Source of the DNA: an uncultured Oscillospiraceae bacterium | GTDB lineage: Bacteria > Bacillota > Clostridia > Oscillospirales > SIG627 | Direction of reading: 5' to 3' | DNA: 64,000 bases | NCBI GenBank assembly: GCA_964558655.1 | Contig: CAZLEX010000003.1 | Span: 4,975-68,974 of the forward strand | In this document: one piece after another, positions 36,935 to 45,909 of the stretch | Position numbering within the stretch: position 1 is the first letter of the stretch | Layout of the letters: every line of letters begins with the position of its first letter | Notes under the pieces: model-generated | What the model saw: the letters and a program-made list of their open reading frames with translations, nothing else | Databases searched by the model: none | What the model was told of the DNA's origin: nothing | Made by a program: the position numbers and the translations under genes

Positions 36935-37492
36935 ATGATAAAATTCAAAAAAAGCGATATTCCGAATTACATCTCGGTTTTCAGACTGTGTCTTATACCG
37001 GTGTTTCTGTATTTTTATTTTGAGCAGAGAAATACGGCACGGGCGGCGTGCGTGTTTCTGCTTGCCGGTATGAGCGATGTCCTGGACGGTTATCTTGCCA
37101 GAAGAAATCAATGGGTGTCGAACATGGGACGGATTCTCGATCCTGTTGCCGACAAGTGTATGCAGTCGACGGTTTTGATATCCCTGTCGGTTGACAGAAT
37201 CGTGCCGTGGGCAATCAGTGCGGTTTTGATAGGGAAGGAATTGCTTATGGTTCTCGGAGCCACCAGGCTTATAAAAAAATTCAATACATATGCACAGTCC
37301 GGCTGGTACGGAAAGGGTGCGGTAGTGCTTTTTTATGCGGTGGTTGTGTCTTTAATGCTTTTTGATATGGGAAAAGCCGTAAAGATTATTCTTTCCTGCC
37401 TTTTGATTTTCGCAATGTTTTTCGCTCTTACGATGTATTATCTGAAAACATACAGATCGAAAAGCACAGACGGCAGGACGGTAAAAGATTAA
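36935..37492 (+). CDS. pgsA: CDP-diacylglycerol--glycerol-3-phosphate 3-phosphatidyltransferase
   Basis: CDP-alcohol transferase motif DVLDGYLARRNQWVSNMGRILDPVADK; 185 aa, polytopic. Confidence 0.85.
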   Translation: MIKFKKSDIPNYISVFRLCLIPVFLYFYFEQRNTARAACVFLLAGMSDVLDGYLARRNQWVSNMGRILDPVADKCMQSTVLISLSVDRIVPWAISAVLIGKELLMVLGATRLIKKFNTYAQSGWYGKGAVVLFYAVVVSLMLFDMGKAVKIILSCLLIFAMFFALTMYYLKTYRSKSTDGRTVKD

Positions 37493-37537
37493 AACGGCAA
37501 ACAATAAAAAATAACAGTTAAAAGGAAAAGGTATAAT

Positions 37538-39820
37538 ATGTTTCAATTATGTTCACGCTGCAAGACGCGTCCTGCGGTGGTCTTTATTACAAAAGTGGAA
37601 AACAACGAATCGAAACCGATGGGCTTGTGCCTCCAGTGTGCACGGGAGCTCAAGGTCGGTCCGATCGATCAGATAATCAAGCAAACGGGCTTGAGCGACG
37701 AAGAGCTTGACGCCATGATGCAGGGTATGGAAAATTTGGTAAGCGAAATGGGAGACGAAGGACTTGACGCTCTCGTTCCCACCGATGACGGCCCCGACGC
37801 CACCGGAGCTCCCGCAATGGATCTCAGTCATCTTTTTTCAAATTCCGAGAACGATGCCGGTAAAGCAAAGACAAAGCAGGAGCGGGAAAACGGCAAAAAA
37901 GAGAAAAAATTTCTCTCGCAGTTTTGTATAGATGTTACCTCAAGAGCAAGAGAGGGAAAACTTGACAGAATTGTCGGAAGGGAAAAGGAACTCGAAAGGG
38001 TAATTCAAATTCTCTGCCGCAGACAAAAGAACAACCCCTGTCTCATAGGTGAACCGGGTGTCGGAAAAACCGCACTTGCCGAAGCACTTGCCCAAAGAAT
38101 CGCCGACGGAAAGGTTCCGTTTAAACTTTTGGGCAAAGAAGTATTTCTGCTTGATATGACCACTCTCGTTGCCGGAACTCAGTTCAGGGGACAGTTTGAA
38201 AACCGAATGAGAGGTCTTATAGAAGAGGTAAAGAAGTTAGGAAATATTATCCTCGTTATAGACGAAGTACACACGATAGTCGGAGCGGGAGACGCCGAAG
38301 GCGGAATGAACGCCGCCAATATTCTCAAACCCGCACTCTCACGCGGTGAAATACAGATAATAGGTGCGACGACACTTTCGGAATACCGTAAGTATATCGA
38401 AAAAGATGCCGCACTTGAACGCCGTTTTCAGCCTGTAATGGTAAACGAACCTTCCGTTGCCGATACTGTGCTCGTTCTTCGCGGAATAAAGAAGTATTAC
38501 GAAGATTTTCACTCACTGAGCGTGCCGGACAGAATACTCGAAAAAACCGTTATTCTCTCCGAAAGATACATTACCGACAGATTTCTGCCGGATAAGGCAA
38601 TTGACTTGCTTGACGAAGCCTGTGCGAGAAAAGCACTTGAAAGCCCCGTTATAAACCGTTTGGGTGAGCTTGAGCAAAGCCTTTCCAAACTTAAGGAACA
38701 GAGAGAGGCACTTGAAGCCCTTCCCGATCCGACAGAGGAAGTTTATTCCAAAATTGCCGATGTCAAAGTCCGAGAGATAAAGGAAAACAACGAAAAGGAC
38801 GCATTAAACGCCGAACGCGAAAAAATAGAAATTACCGAAGAGGATCTTGCACGGGTAATTGAGGTGTGGACGGGAATACCTGCGGGGAATATAGCCGAAA
38901 ACGATTACAGAAAGCTCGAAACTCTTCAGGATAAGCTTAAAGAAAAAATTATAGGACAGGACAGAGCCGTCGAAGCGGTTACCCGTGCCATAAAACGCTC
39001 CCGTGTCGGAATTTCCTACAAACGACGTCCGGTTTCGTTTATATTCGCCGGTCCTACGGGAGTGGGCAAAACAGAGCTTGTAAAAACTCTCGCATCGATA
39101 CTTTTCGACTCTCCCGAGTCTCTTATTCGTCTCGATATGTCGGAATTCATGGAGAAGCACTCCGTTTCCAGAATCATCGGTTCGCCTCCCGGATATGTCG
39201 GTTACGACGACGCAGGACAGCTTACCGAAAAGATAAGAAGAAAGCCCTATTCGGTCGTACTGTTCGACGAAATAGAAAAGGCTCATCCCGATGTCATGAA
39301 TATACTTCTTCAGATTTTGGACGACGGTATAATAAGCGATGCACACGGTAAGCAGGTTAATTTTGAAAATACCGTTTTGGTTATGACGACAAACGCCGGT
39401 GCGAGCGTCGGTACGAACACTACGGGATTTTTAGCTTCTTCTCACATTATCGATTCCGAGAAAACCGAAAAAGCTCTTTCACGCTTCCTGCGTCCCGAAT
39501 TTTTAAACAGGGTTGACGAAATAATCACATTCAACCGTCTTGGACATGAGGAAATAAAGAAAATCACTTCTTTGAGACTTTCGGAACTTGCCAAAGTCCT
39601 TTTCGCAAAGGGAATTGTTCTGTCATATGACGATAAGGCAGTTGAGTATATCGCCGAAAAGTCGTTCTCGGAGAAATACGGAGCGAGAAATGTCGCAAGA
39701 TATATACAAACGGAGATTGAAGATAAAATTGCCGAGTCGATTATAAAATCATACGAAAAGGGTATATCCAAAGTCAATGTTTCATCTGACGGCGGTGTTA
39801 TAAAGGTTGAGTGCGAATAA
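37538..39820 (+). CDS. ClpC/ClpA-type double AAA+ ATPase with N-terminal CxxC...CxxC zinc-ribbon instead of Clp_N repeats
   Basis: D1 has GEPGVGKTA and LVIDEVH; D2 has GPTGVGKTE and VLFDEIEKAH. The N-terminus is CSRC-x22-CLQC. Confidence 0.85.
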   Translation: MFQLCSRCKTRPAVVFITKVENNESKPMGLCLQCARELKVGPIDQIIKQTGLSDEELDAMMQGMENLVSEMGDEGLDALVPTDDGPDATGAPAMDLSHLFSNSENDAGKAKTKQERENGKKEKKFLSQFCIDVTSRAREGKLDRIVGREKELERVIQILCRRQKNNPCLIGEPGVGKTALAEALAQRIADGKVPFKLLGKEVFLLDMTTLVAGTQFRGQFENRMRGLIEEVKKLGNIILVIDEVHTIVGAGDAEGGMNAANILKPALSRGEIQIIGATTLSEYRKYIEKDAALERRFQPVMVNEPSVADTVLVLRGIKKYYEDFHSLSVPDRILEKTVILSERYITDRFLPDKAIDLLDEACARKALESPVINRLGELEQSLSKLKEQREALEALPDPTEEVYSKIADVKVREIKENNEKDALNAEREKIEITEEDLARVIEVWTGIPAGNIAENDYRKLETLQDKLKEKIIGQDRAVEAVTRAIKRSRVGISYKRRPVSFIFAGPTGVGKTELVKTLASILFDSPESLIRLDMSEFMEKHSVSRIIGSPPGYVGYDDAGQLTEKIRRKPYSVVLFDEIEKAHPDVMNILLQILDDGIISDAHGKQVNFENTVLVMTTNAGASVGTNTTGFLASSHIIDSEKTEKALSRFLRPEFLNRVDEIITFNRLGHEEIKKITSLRLSELAKVLFAKGIVLSYDDKAVEYIAEKSFSEKYGARNVARYIQTEIEDKIAESIIKSYEKGISKVNVSSDGGVIKVECE

Positions 39821-42436
39821 ATGAACCTGCTTGAAATCAATGCACAGCGTCTTTTTGAGATTTTACGCACATCTGCCGAAAAAGGACTTGACGAGCGTCA
39901 GGTAAAAATCAACCGGAGGGAATTCGGTGCCGACGCTCTGCGTAAAAATCCGCCGGGACGCTCTTTCGGAAGGACCGTTTTCGGCAACATAATGCTGATA
40001 CTCTTTTTCCTGCTGTCTCTTTTTTCTTTCGATGTGAAAAAAGATGCCTCGTCCGGAATTTGCGTAATTCTGATACTGTGTTTCTATTTTGCTTTTCAGG
40101 GAATTGCATCACGGGCTGTTGCGGCAACGGAAAAGAAAATACATTCGTACAGACTTTCTTCCTGTACTGTAATACGGGAAGGAATAAGGCAAAAGGCGGA
40201 TTATTCCGATCTTGTTCCCGGAGATATCATAGTTCTTTCTCAGGGAGATGTTTTGCCCTGCGACGCTCTTGTACTCAGGCAAAAAACGCTCAGAGTCATT
40301 GAGGCACAGCTTACGGGGAATGTTTCGCCTGTCGTAAAACTTACGCAGGAAGATGTGCTTTCGACAAAAGGGTGTCCCTATTACGAATGTATACTTTTTG
40401 CGGGTTCGGTAGTACATTGCGGAGAGGCTCTGGCACTTGTCTGCAATGTGGGAGACAATGTTTTTGACAGAAAAAATAAGTTTGTCTGCCGAATAATGCC
40501 GGGCGGTCGTCCCGAAATTTACGAAAAGGCAATGAAAATCGCCGACAGCGTTTCGACTGTCTGGATAATTCTCTGCATTATCACTGTCATTACGGGAATA
40601 CTGAAAGGAGCACAGCTCTTTTCGCTTTTCCATATTGCGACGGCACTGTCGGTTGCGGTGCTGCCCGATTTGATAGTCACACTTTCCGAGCTTAATCTCG
40701 CTCTGTCTACCCTGCGTCTTTACAAAAAGGGAGCGGTCGTCAAAAATCTTTGTGCCGTTGACCGTATGTGCGATATAAACTGTATTGCGGTGGATTCCGG
40801 GAAATATTTCCGAAGCGAAAATCCCCGTCCTCATACGGTTATCGTCGGGGACAGGAAGAAAAAATTCAAAAATGCGTCCGAGCCCGATGTAAGAGAGCTG
40901 TTTAAGCTTGCCTGTATCGCCTGCGTCGGAAACGAAAACGGTGAGGGAATGTATTATAACGACATAAGCGTCGAGGAATCGCTGCTTAAAACGGCGGCGA
41001 GGCTCGGTATGCCTCAGTCGGCTTTGTACGAAGAATACCTGCTTCTCGAAAAAATGCCGTTTACCGTTGAAAACGGCATGAGCCGTGTTATAGTTTTTCG
41101 TGACGGCGAATTTTATCTCGTCTCTTTAGGACTTCCCGAATGTATTTTGAGAGTTTGTTCCTCCTGCCGTTCGTCCGGAACCGAAAAGAATTTTTTTGAA
41201 AAAGACAAGCGTGTTTTGCTTGAAGATTCAAAACTTATCGCGGCAGATAACGAGGGCATTGCCGGAGTTGCGATAAAACGCATTTCTTATCGTGAGGGAG
41301 CGGGACAGATAAATAATGCGAGAGGTTCGGTTTTTATGGGATTTATAGGACTGCACACGGCGATAACCGCCGACTCTGCGGGAGCTGTAAATCTTTGCCA
41401 AAAATCCGGAATAGATATACTTTTGATGACGAACGAATCTCGCACGACAGCGGTCGGATTTGCCGACAGCCTTGCAATTATGAAAAACGGTGACGAGGCT
41501 GTTGACGGTGCCGAATTTGAGAGAATTGATGAGGGACTGTTTAGAGCTGATATAAAAAAATACAAAGTGTTCCTGTCCTTCGATCCCGAAAAAAAGGCAA
41601 AAATAGTCAAGTACAGGAAAGAAGAGGGGGATATAGTGGCATCGGCCGTCTCATCTCTTTACGATATACCTTTACAGGCAGAGTCCGATATAGCTTTTTG
41701 TACCGGCAATGTCAGGGATAACAATGTTGCGAGAAATTCCGATGTAATACTTACAAAAGGCTTTGCGGGCGTTACCGACTGCATAAAGTACGCAAGATGC
41801 GTGTACAGAAATATACGGCATATGCTTGAGTTTTTTATGCTTACACAGTTTACATCTGCGTCCTGTGCCTTTATGTTTCTGATATTTTTGCCCGAAATAC
41901 TGCTTTTGCCCATACAGATAATTCTGTATTCGCTTCTGGCGTTTTTTCCGTCGGCACTTGTTATCTCCACCGAGAAAGTACGCGGAACCGAAATGAAAGC
42001 TTCGTTCGGTGAAGAAAATGTCAATATCAATTTTCAAAATATTATAACTCTTCCCTTAATTTGCGGACTGGTTTCCGGACTTACGGCAACACTGTCTGCC
42101 AGAATTATGTATGACGGGGGTGCCTCCCTTGCGCAATGTCGCGGAATTGCCTATTTTACGCTCTGCGTTACGGCACTTTTCATGGCGGCGGCGGTGTCGG
42201 GAGATTTTCGGCTGTCTTCGGGAATTTTCAAGAATAAAAATCTGTTTGCCGTCTCTTTGCCGGCAACACTGATTTCTTTGCTTCTTCTGATTACTCCGAA
42301 AATATCGGATTTTTTGGGAATGAGCATAACAAGCGTTAAAACAGTCTTTATATCCGTTTTGATAAGCCTTATTCCGTGTGTGCTTGCGTTCGGATTAAAG
42401 CTTGTAAAAAAATATGTTTTCAATAATATTAAATAA
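39821..42436 (+). CDS. P-type ATPase homologue with all catalytic motifs degenerate (pseudo-ATPase)
   Basis: Colinear with P2-type cation ATPases (GLDERQV..., LVPGDIIVLSQGDVLPCDA, 8-10 TM). However TGES is TGNV, DKTGT is DSGKY, KGAPE is LGLPE, TGD is TNE, and GDGVNDAP is VSSLYDIP. Confidence 0.75.
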   Translation: MNLLEINAQRLFEILRTSAEKGLDERQVKINRREFGADALRKNPPGRSFGRTVFGNIMLILFFLLSLFSFDVKKDASSGICVILILCFYFAFQGIASRAVAATEKKIHSYRLSSCTVIREGIRQKADYSDLVPGDIIVLSQGDVLPCDALVLRQKTLRVIEAQLTGNVSPVVKLTQEDVLSTKGCPYYECILFAGSVVHCGEALALVCNVGDNVFDRKNKFVCRIMPGGRPEIYEKAMKIADSVSTVWIILCIITVITGILKGAQLFSLFHIATALSVAVLPDLIVTLSELNLALSTLRLYKKGAVVKNLCAVDRMCDINCIAVDSGKYFRSENPRPHTVIVGDRKKKFKNASEPDVRELFKLACIACVGNENGEGMYYNDISVEESLLKTAARLGMPQSALYEEYLLLEKMPFTVENGMSRVIVFRDGEFYLVSLGLPECILRVCSSCRSSGTEKNFFEKDKRVLLEDSKLIAADNEGIAGVAIKRISYREGAGQINNARGSVFMGFIGLHTAITADSAGAVNLCQKSGIDILLMTNESRTTAVGFADSLAIMKNGDEAVDGAEFERIDEGLFRADIKKYKVFLSFDPEKKAKIVKYRKEEGDIVASAVSSLYDIPLQAESDIAFCTGNVRDNNVARNSDVILTKGFAGVTDCIKYARCVYRNIRHMLEFFMLTQFTSASCAFMFLIFLPEILLLPIQIILYSLLAFFPSALVISTEKVRGTEMKASFGEENVNINFQNIITLPLICGLVSGLTATLSARIMYDGGASLAQCRGIAYFTLCVTALFMAAAVSGDFRLSSGIFKNKNLFAVSLPATLISLLLLITPKISDFLGMSITSVKTVFISVLISLIPCVLAFGLKLVKKYVFNNIK

Positions 42437-42451
42437 AAAGGAGAAATAAAA

Positions 42452-42661
42452 ATGGAAAAAGTAACACGCGAAACAATAATCGGAGATATCCTTGATTACG
42501 ACAGCGAAACGGGAGTGTTTTTCCTGGAAATAGGTATGCACTGTCTGGGCTGTCCTTCGGCAAGAGGAGAAAGCATTGAGGATGCCTGTGCGGTTCACGG
42601 AACAGATGCCGATGAACTCGTGGAGAAGATTAATAAATATTTGGCAGAGAAAAATGCCTGA
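42452..42661 (+). CDS. DUF1858 redox-disulfide domain protein
   Basis: 69 aa with a GMHCLGCPSA CxxC motif, typical of hybrid-cluster-protein-associated small proteins. Confidence 0.7.
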   Translation: MEKVTRETIIGDILDYDSETGVFFLEIGMHCLGCPSARGESIEDACAVHGTDADELVEKINKYLAEKNA

Positions 42662-43373
42662 AACAAAACTTTCGAGGCGGCTTCATGCCGCCTTCTTGCT
42701 TGTAAAAGGCGGAGGTATTCTTGCCGACATCGGAACCGACCACGCACTTTTGCCTATCGCACTTGTCAAATCGGGAAAGGCCAGACGGGCTTTTGCCTGC
42801 GATATTAACCCGAAACCGCTTGAAAAAGCCGCCGAAAACATAAAGAGGGAAAGACTCGAAGATAAAATCTCCACACTTCTTGCCGACGGTGCCGAAGGAT
42901 TGGAAGGAATTGCCGACGAATTTGTAATTGCGGGAATGGGCGGAGAACTAATTGCCGAAATTATCGGGAAAGCCCCGTTTTTAAAGAAAAAAGAAATTCA
43001 TCTTGTGCTTCAGCCTATGACGAAAAAAGAAGTGCTCAGAGCTTTTCTTTGGGATAACGGATACGCAATCGGCGAAGAAAAACATATTGAAGATGCAGGA
43101 CACTGTTATACTTTGCTGTCCGTTCGCTATGTCGGAGAAAAAATCTCTTATACAGATATCGAAACATATATAGGGAAAAGCGATGTCATAAATTCTTTGG
43201 ACTGTGACGGCGTTAGGGTGCTTGTTAAAGAGAACGAAAAAATTATGCAGGACACCGTCAACAGAATAAAAGGCAGGGAAAGCTCTGCAATGTCCGTTGA
43301 AAGCGAAAAGCTTTTTTTGTCCGAGCTTAAAAGAATTACAGATACGCTGAAAGGAAATATTAATGAAACTTAA
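42654..43373 (+). CDS. trmK: tRNA (adenine22-N1)-methyltransferase
   Basis: LSRRLHAAFLLV...ILADIGTDHALLPIALV is colinear with B. subtilis YqfN. Followed by NIF3 as in Bacillus. Confidence 0.8.
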   Translation: MPETKLSRRLHAAFLLVKGGGILADIGTDHALLPIALVKSGKARRAFACDINPKPLEKAAENIKRERLEDKISTLLADGAEGLEGIADEFVIAGMGGELIAEIIGKAPFLKKKEIHLVLQPMTKKEVLRAFLWDNGYAIGEEKHIEDAGHCYTLLSVRYVGEKISYTDIETYIGKSDVINSLDCDGVRVLVKENEKIMQDTVNRIKGRESSAMSVESEKLFLSELKRITDTLKGNINET

Positions 43374-44130
43374 CGATATAATACTGAATTTGGAACAGCT
43401 TTTGCCGAAATCACTGAGCGAAGAATGGGACAATGACGGAGTGATGTTTTGCCTTGACCGCAATGCACAGATAAGCAAGACGGTTCTCACGCTCGATGTA
43501 ACATGTGAATGTATCGAATTCGCACAGAAAAGCAGAGCTGAGCTTATAATAAGTCATCACCCGTTCATTTTCAAACCTCTTTGCAGCATTGACGAGTCTT
43601 TGAAAGCCGAAATGATAGAGATGCTTGTGCATCGGAAAATATCCGTCCTGTCATACCATACTCGTTTCGATAACATAAAAGGCGGTATGAACGACGCACT
43701 TGCTAAGGCTTTGGGACTTGAAAATATAAGCGAGTTTGAACAAATGGGCAGGATCGGCGAGCTGTCTTTTGAATTTTCTCCCGAAGAGTTCGCCGCCTAT
43801 GTCTGCGAATGTTTGGATACCGATACGGTTCTTTACAGTGCAGGCAAAAAAATAAAAAAAGTTTCCGTACTCGGAGGAGGCGGAAAGGACTTTGTTCTTC
43901 CCGCACGCCTTGCCGGAGCCGACGCCATTGTTACGGGGGATATGTCGCACGGAGTTGTCATGAGTGAGGTTCCGTCGGGAATTACGGTTGTCGATGCGGG
44001 ACATTACGGCACGGAAAAAATATTCACCGAAGCTTTTTTGCCTTTTCTCGAAAGTGCGGGAGTTGCTTCGGAGAGCGTCTTGAAATATCAGGGCAAAAAT
44101 CCCGGAGTTTTTGTTTGTAAGGAGAAATAA
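43363..44130 (+). CDS. Nif3-family dinuclear metal-centre protein
   Basis: DNDGVMF, ELIISHHPFIF and YHTRFD motifs. Confidence 0.8.
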   Translation: MKLNDIILNLEQLLPKSLSEEWDNDGVMFCLDRNAQISKTVLTLDVTCECIEFAQKSRAELIISHHPFIFKPLCSIDESLKAEMIEMLVHRKISVLSYHTRFDNIKGGMNDALAKALGLENISEFEQMGRIGELSFEFSPEEFAAYVCECLDTDTVLYSAGKKIKKVSVLGGGGKDFVLPARLAGADAIVTGDMSHGVVMSEVPSGITVVDAGHYGTEKIFTEAFLPFLESAGVASESVLKYQGKNPGVFVCKEK

Positions 44131-45897
44131 ATGGCTTTTGATGCGGGTATGCTTTGTGCCGTTGTGAGAGAGCTGAATACGGTTCTCGGCAAGGATAATA
44201 TGCAAAACGGAAGCAAAGTCGAAAAAATATATATGCCGGAAAAAGACGAAATACACCTGGTACTTCGCACATACAGCGCAAGTTACAGGCTTGTCCTGTC
44301 GGCAAGTCCGAATAATGCGAGAATTTTGATTAGCGAGAGTTCAAAGGAAAATCCCCCCACGCCTCCGTCGCTTTGTATGCTTTTGAGAAAAAAACTGTCG
44401 GGTGCGGTAATTTCAAAAATTTCGCAGTCGGGCTTTGAACGCGTCTGCACAATAGAGTTTGACACCAAAGACGAGATGGGCTTTTCTTCCAAAAAATATC
44501 TTGTCTGCGAAATAATGGGAAAATATTCCAATATAGTTTTTTGCGACGATAAAATGAAAATTTTAGGTGCGGTAAGGACGGTAGACGCAACATCTTCCCT
44601 TACACGCAGGATAATTCCCGGTACGCAGTATGCCTTGCCTCCGTCACAAAATAAGCTAAATCCGACAACTGTCACTCAAGACGAGTTTTACAAAAAACTT
44701 GAAAGTTTTGAACCCTCCTTTATCTCCGATAAAGCGATAACTCTTTCTTTTTGCGGGATAGCTCCACTTATTTCAGCGGAAATTTGTTACCGTGCCTCAG
44801 GAGATGTGTCCGTTACACTCGGGAAAATTCAGCCTTCGAGACTGTGGGAAGAATTTTCAAAATATATCGCTTTTTTGAAAAACGGAGAGTTTTCCCCTTG
44901 CCTGCTCTTTGAAAACGGAAAAGACACGGCGTTTGAGTATTCGGTTTATCCGATATTGCACTACGAAGATAAAATCAAAACGCTTGAAACCGAGAGCGTT
45001 TCGCAGATGATAGAGCGTTTCTTTTCGCTCCGTGACAGAAACGACCGCCAAAGGCAGAAATCTCACGATATTTTTAAAGTTTTGACAAATGCCAAAAACC
45101 GCCTGATAAAGAAAACGGAAGTGCAGACGCAGGAACTTTCCGACTGTGAAGATATGGAAGAATGTCGTGCCTTTGCCGACCTCATTATTCAGGAAATGTA
45201 CCGCATAAAGAGAGGCGATTTGAGCGTGGAAGCCGTCGATTATTCCTCCGAACCGTATAAAACGGTGAAAATACCGCTTGACAGCCGTCTTTCTCCCTCA
45301 CAGAACGCACAGAGGTATTACAAAAAGTACAACCGTAAGAAAAATGCGAAAAAAATACTCACCTCTCAGATAGAACAGTCAAAAAAAGAAATTGAGTATA
45401 TAGATACCGTGTTTGATGCTCTTTCCCGTGCCGAAAAGGAAAAAGAGCTTTCGGAAATCCGCGAAGAACTTTCTTTGTGGGGATATATAAAAAGGGACGC
45501 CAAAAAGCTCCGTTCTTCCGACAAGAAAAAAGATTTTAAGCCCGCCGTTTTTCTCTCTCCGTCGGGATATGAAATTTATGTGGGAAAAAACAATTTGCAA
45601 AATGACTATATCACCACGAAACTTTCCGAAAAAAACGATTGGTGGTTCCATGTCAAAAATCAGCCCGGAAGTCATGTTCTTATGAAAGTCGGGACAAAAG
45701 AAGAGCCTCCCGCAGAGGATTTTACCTTTGCCTGTACTCTTGCGGCAAAGAATTCCTCCGTGCAGGGAGACAATACAGCCGTCGATTATACTATGATAAA
45801 ATATGTGAAAAAGCCCTTAGGTTCAAAACCCGGTTTTGTCACATATACGACGCACTGGACTGCATTCGTGTCCCCGAAAGACAACATTATCGTATAA
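44131..45897 (+). CDS. rqcH: Ribosome quality control protein RqcH (NFACT/FbpA family)
   Basis: N-terminus MAFDAGMLCAVVRELN..., PPSLCMLLRKKLSG, and a C-terminal NFACT-R region WWFHVKNQPGSHVLM. Confidence 0.85.
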   Translation: MAFDAGMLCAVVRELNTVLGKDNMQNGSKVEKIYMPEKDEIHLVLRTYSASYRLVLSASPNNARILISESSKENPPTPPSLCMLLRKKLSGAVISKISQSGFERVCTIEFDTKDEMGFSSKKYLVCEIMGKYSNIVFCDDKMKILGAVRTVDATSSLTRRIIPGTQYALPPSQNKLNPTTVTQDEFYKKLESFEPSFISDKAITLSFCGIAPLISAEICYRASGDVSVTLGKIQPSRLWEEFSKYIAFLKNGEFSPCLLFENGKDTAFEYSVYPILHYEDKIKTLETESVSQMIERFFSLRDRNDRQRQKSHDIFKVLTNAKNRLIKKTEVQTQELSDCEDMEECRAFADLIIQEMYRIKRGDLSVEAVDYSSEPYKTVKIPLDSRLSPSQNAQRYYKKYNRKKNAKKILTSQIEQSKKEIEYIDTVFDALSRAEKEKELSEIREELSLWGYIKRDAKKLRSSDKKKDFKPAVFLSPSGYEIYVGKNNLQNDYITTKLSEKNDWWFHVKNQPGSHVLMKVGTKEEPPAEDFTFACTLAAKNSSVQGDNTAVDYTMIKYVKKPLGSKPGFVTYTTHWTAFVSPKDNIIV

Positions 45898-45909
45898 GGA
45901 GTTTTAAAT

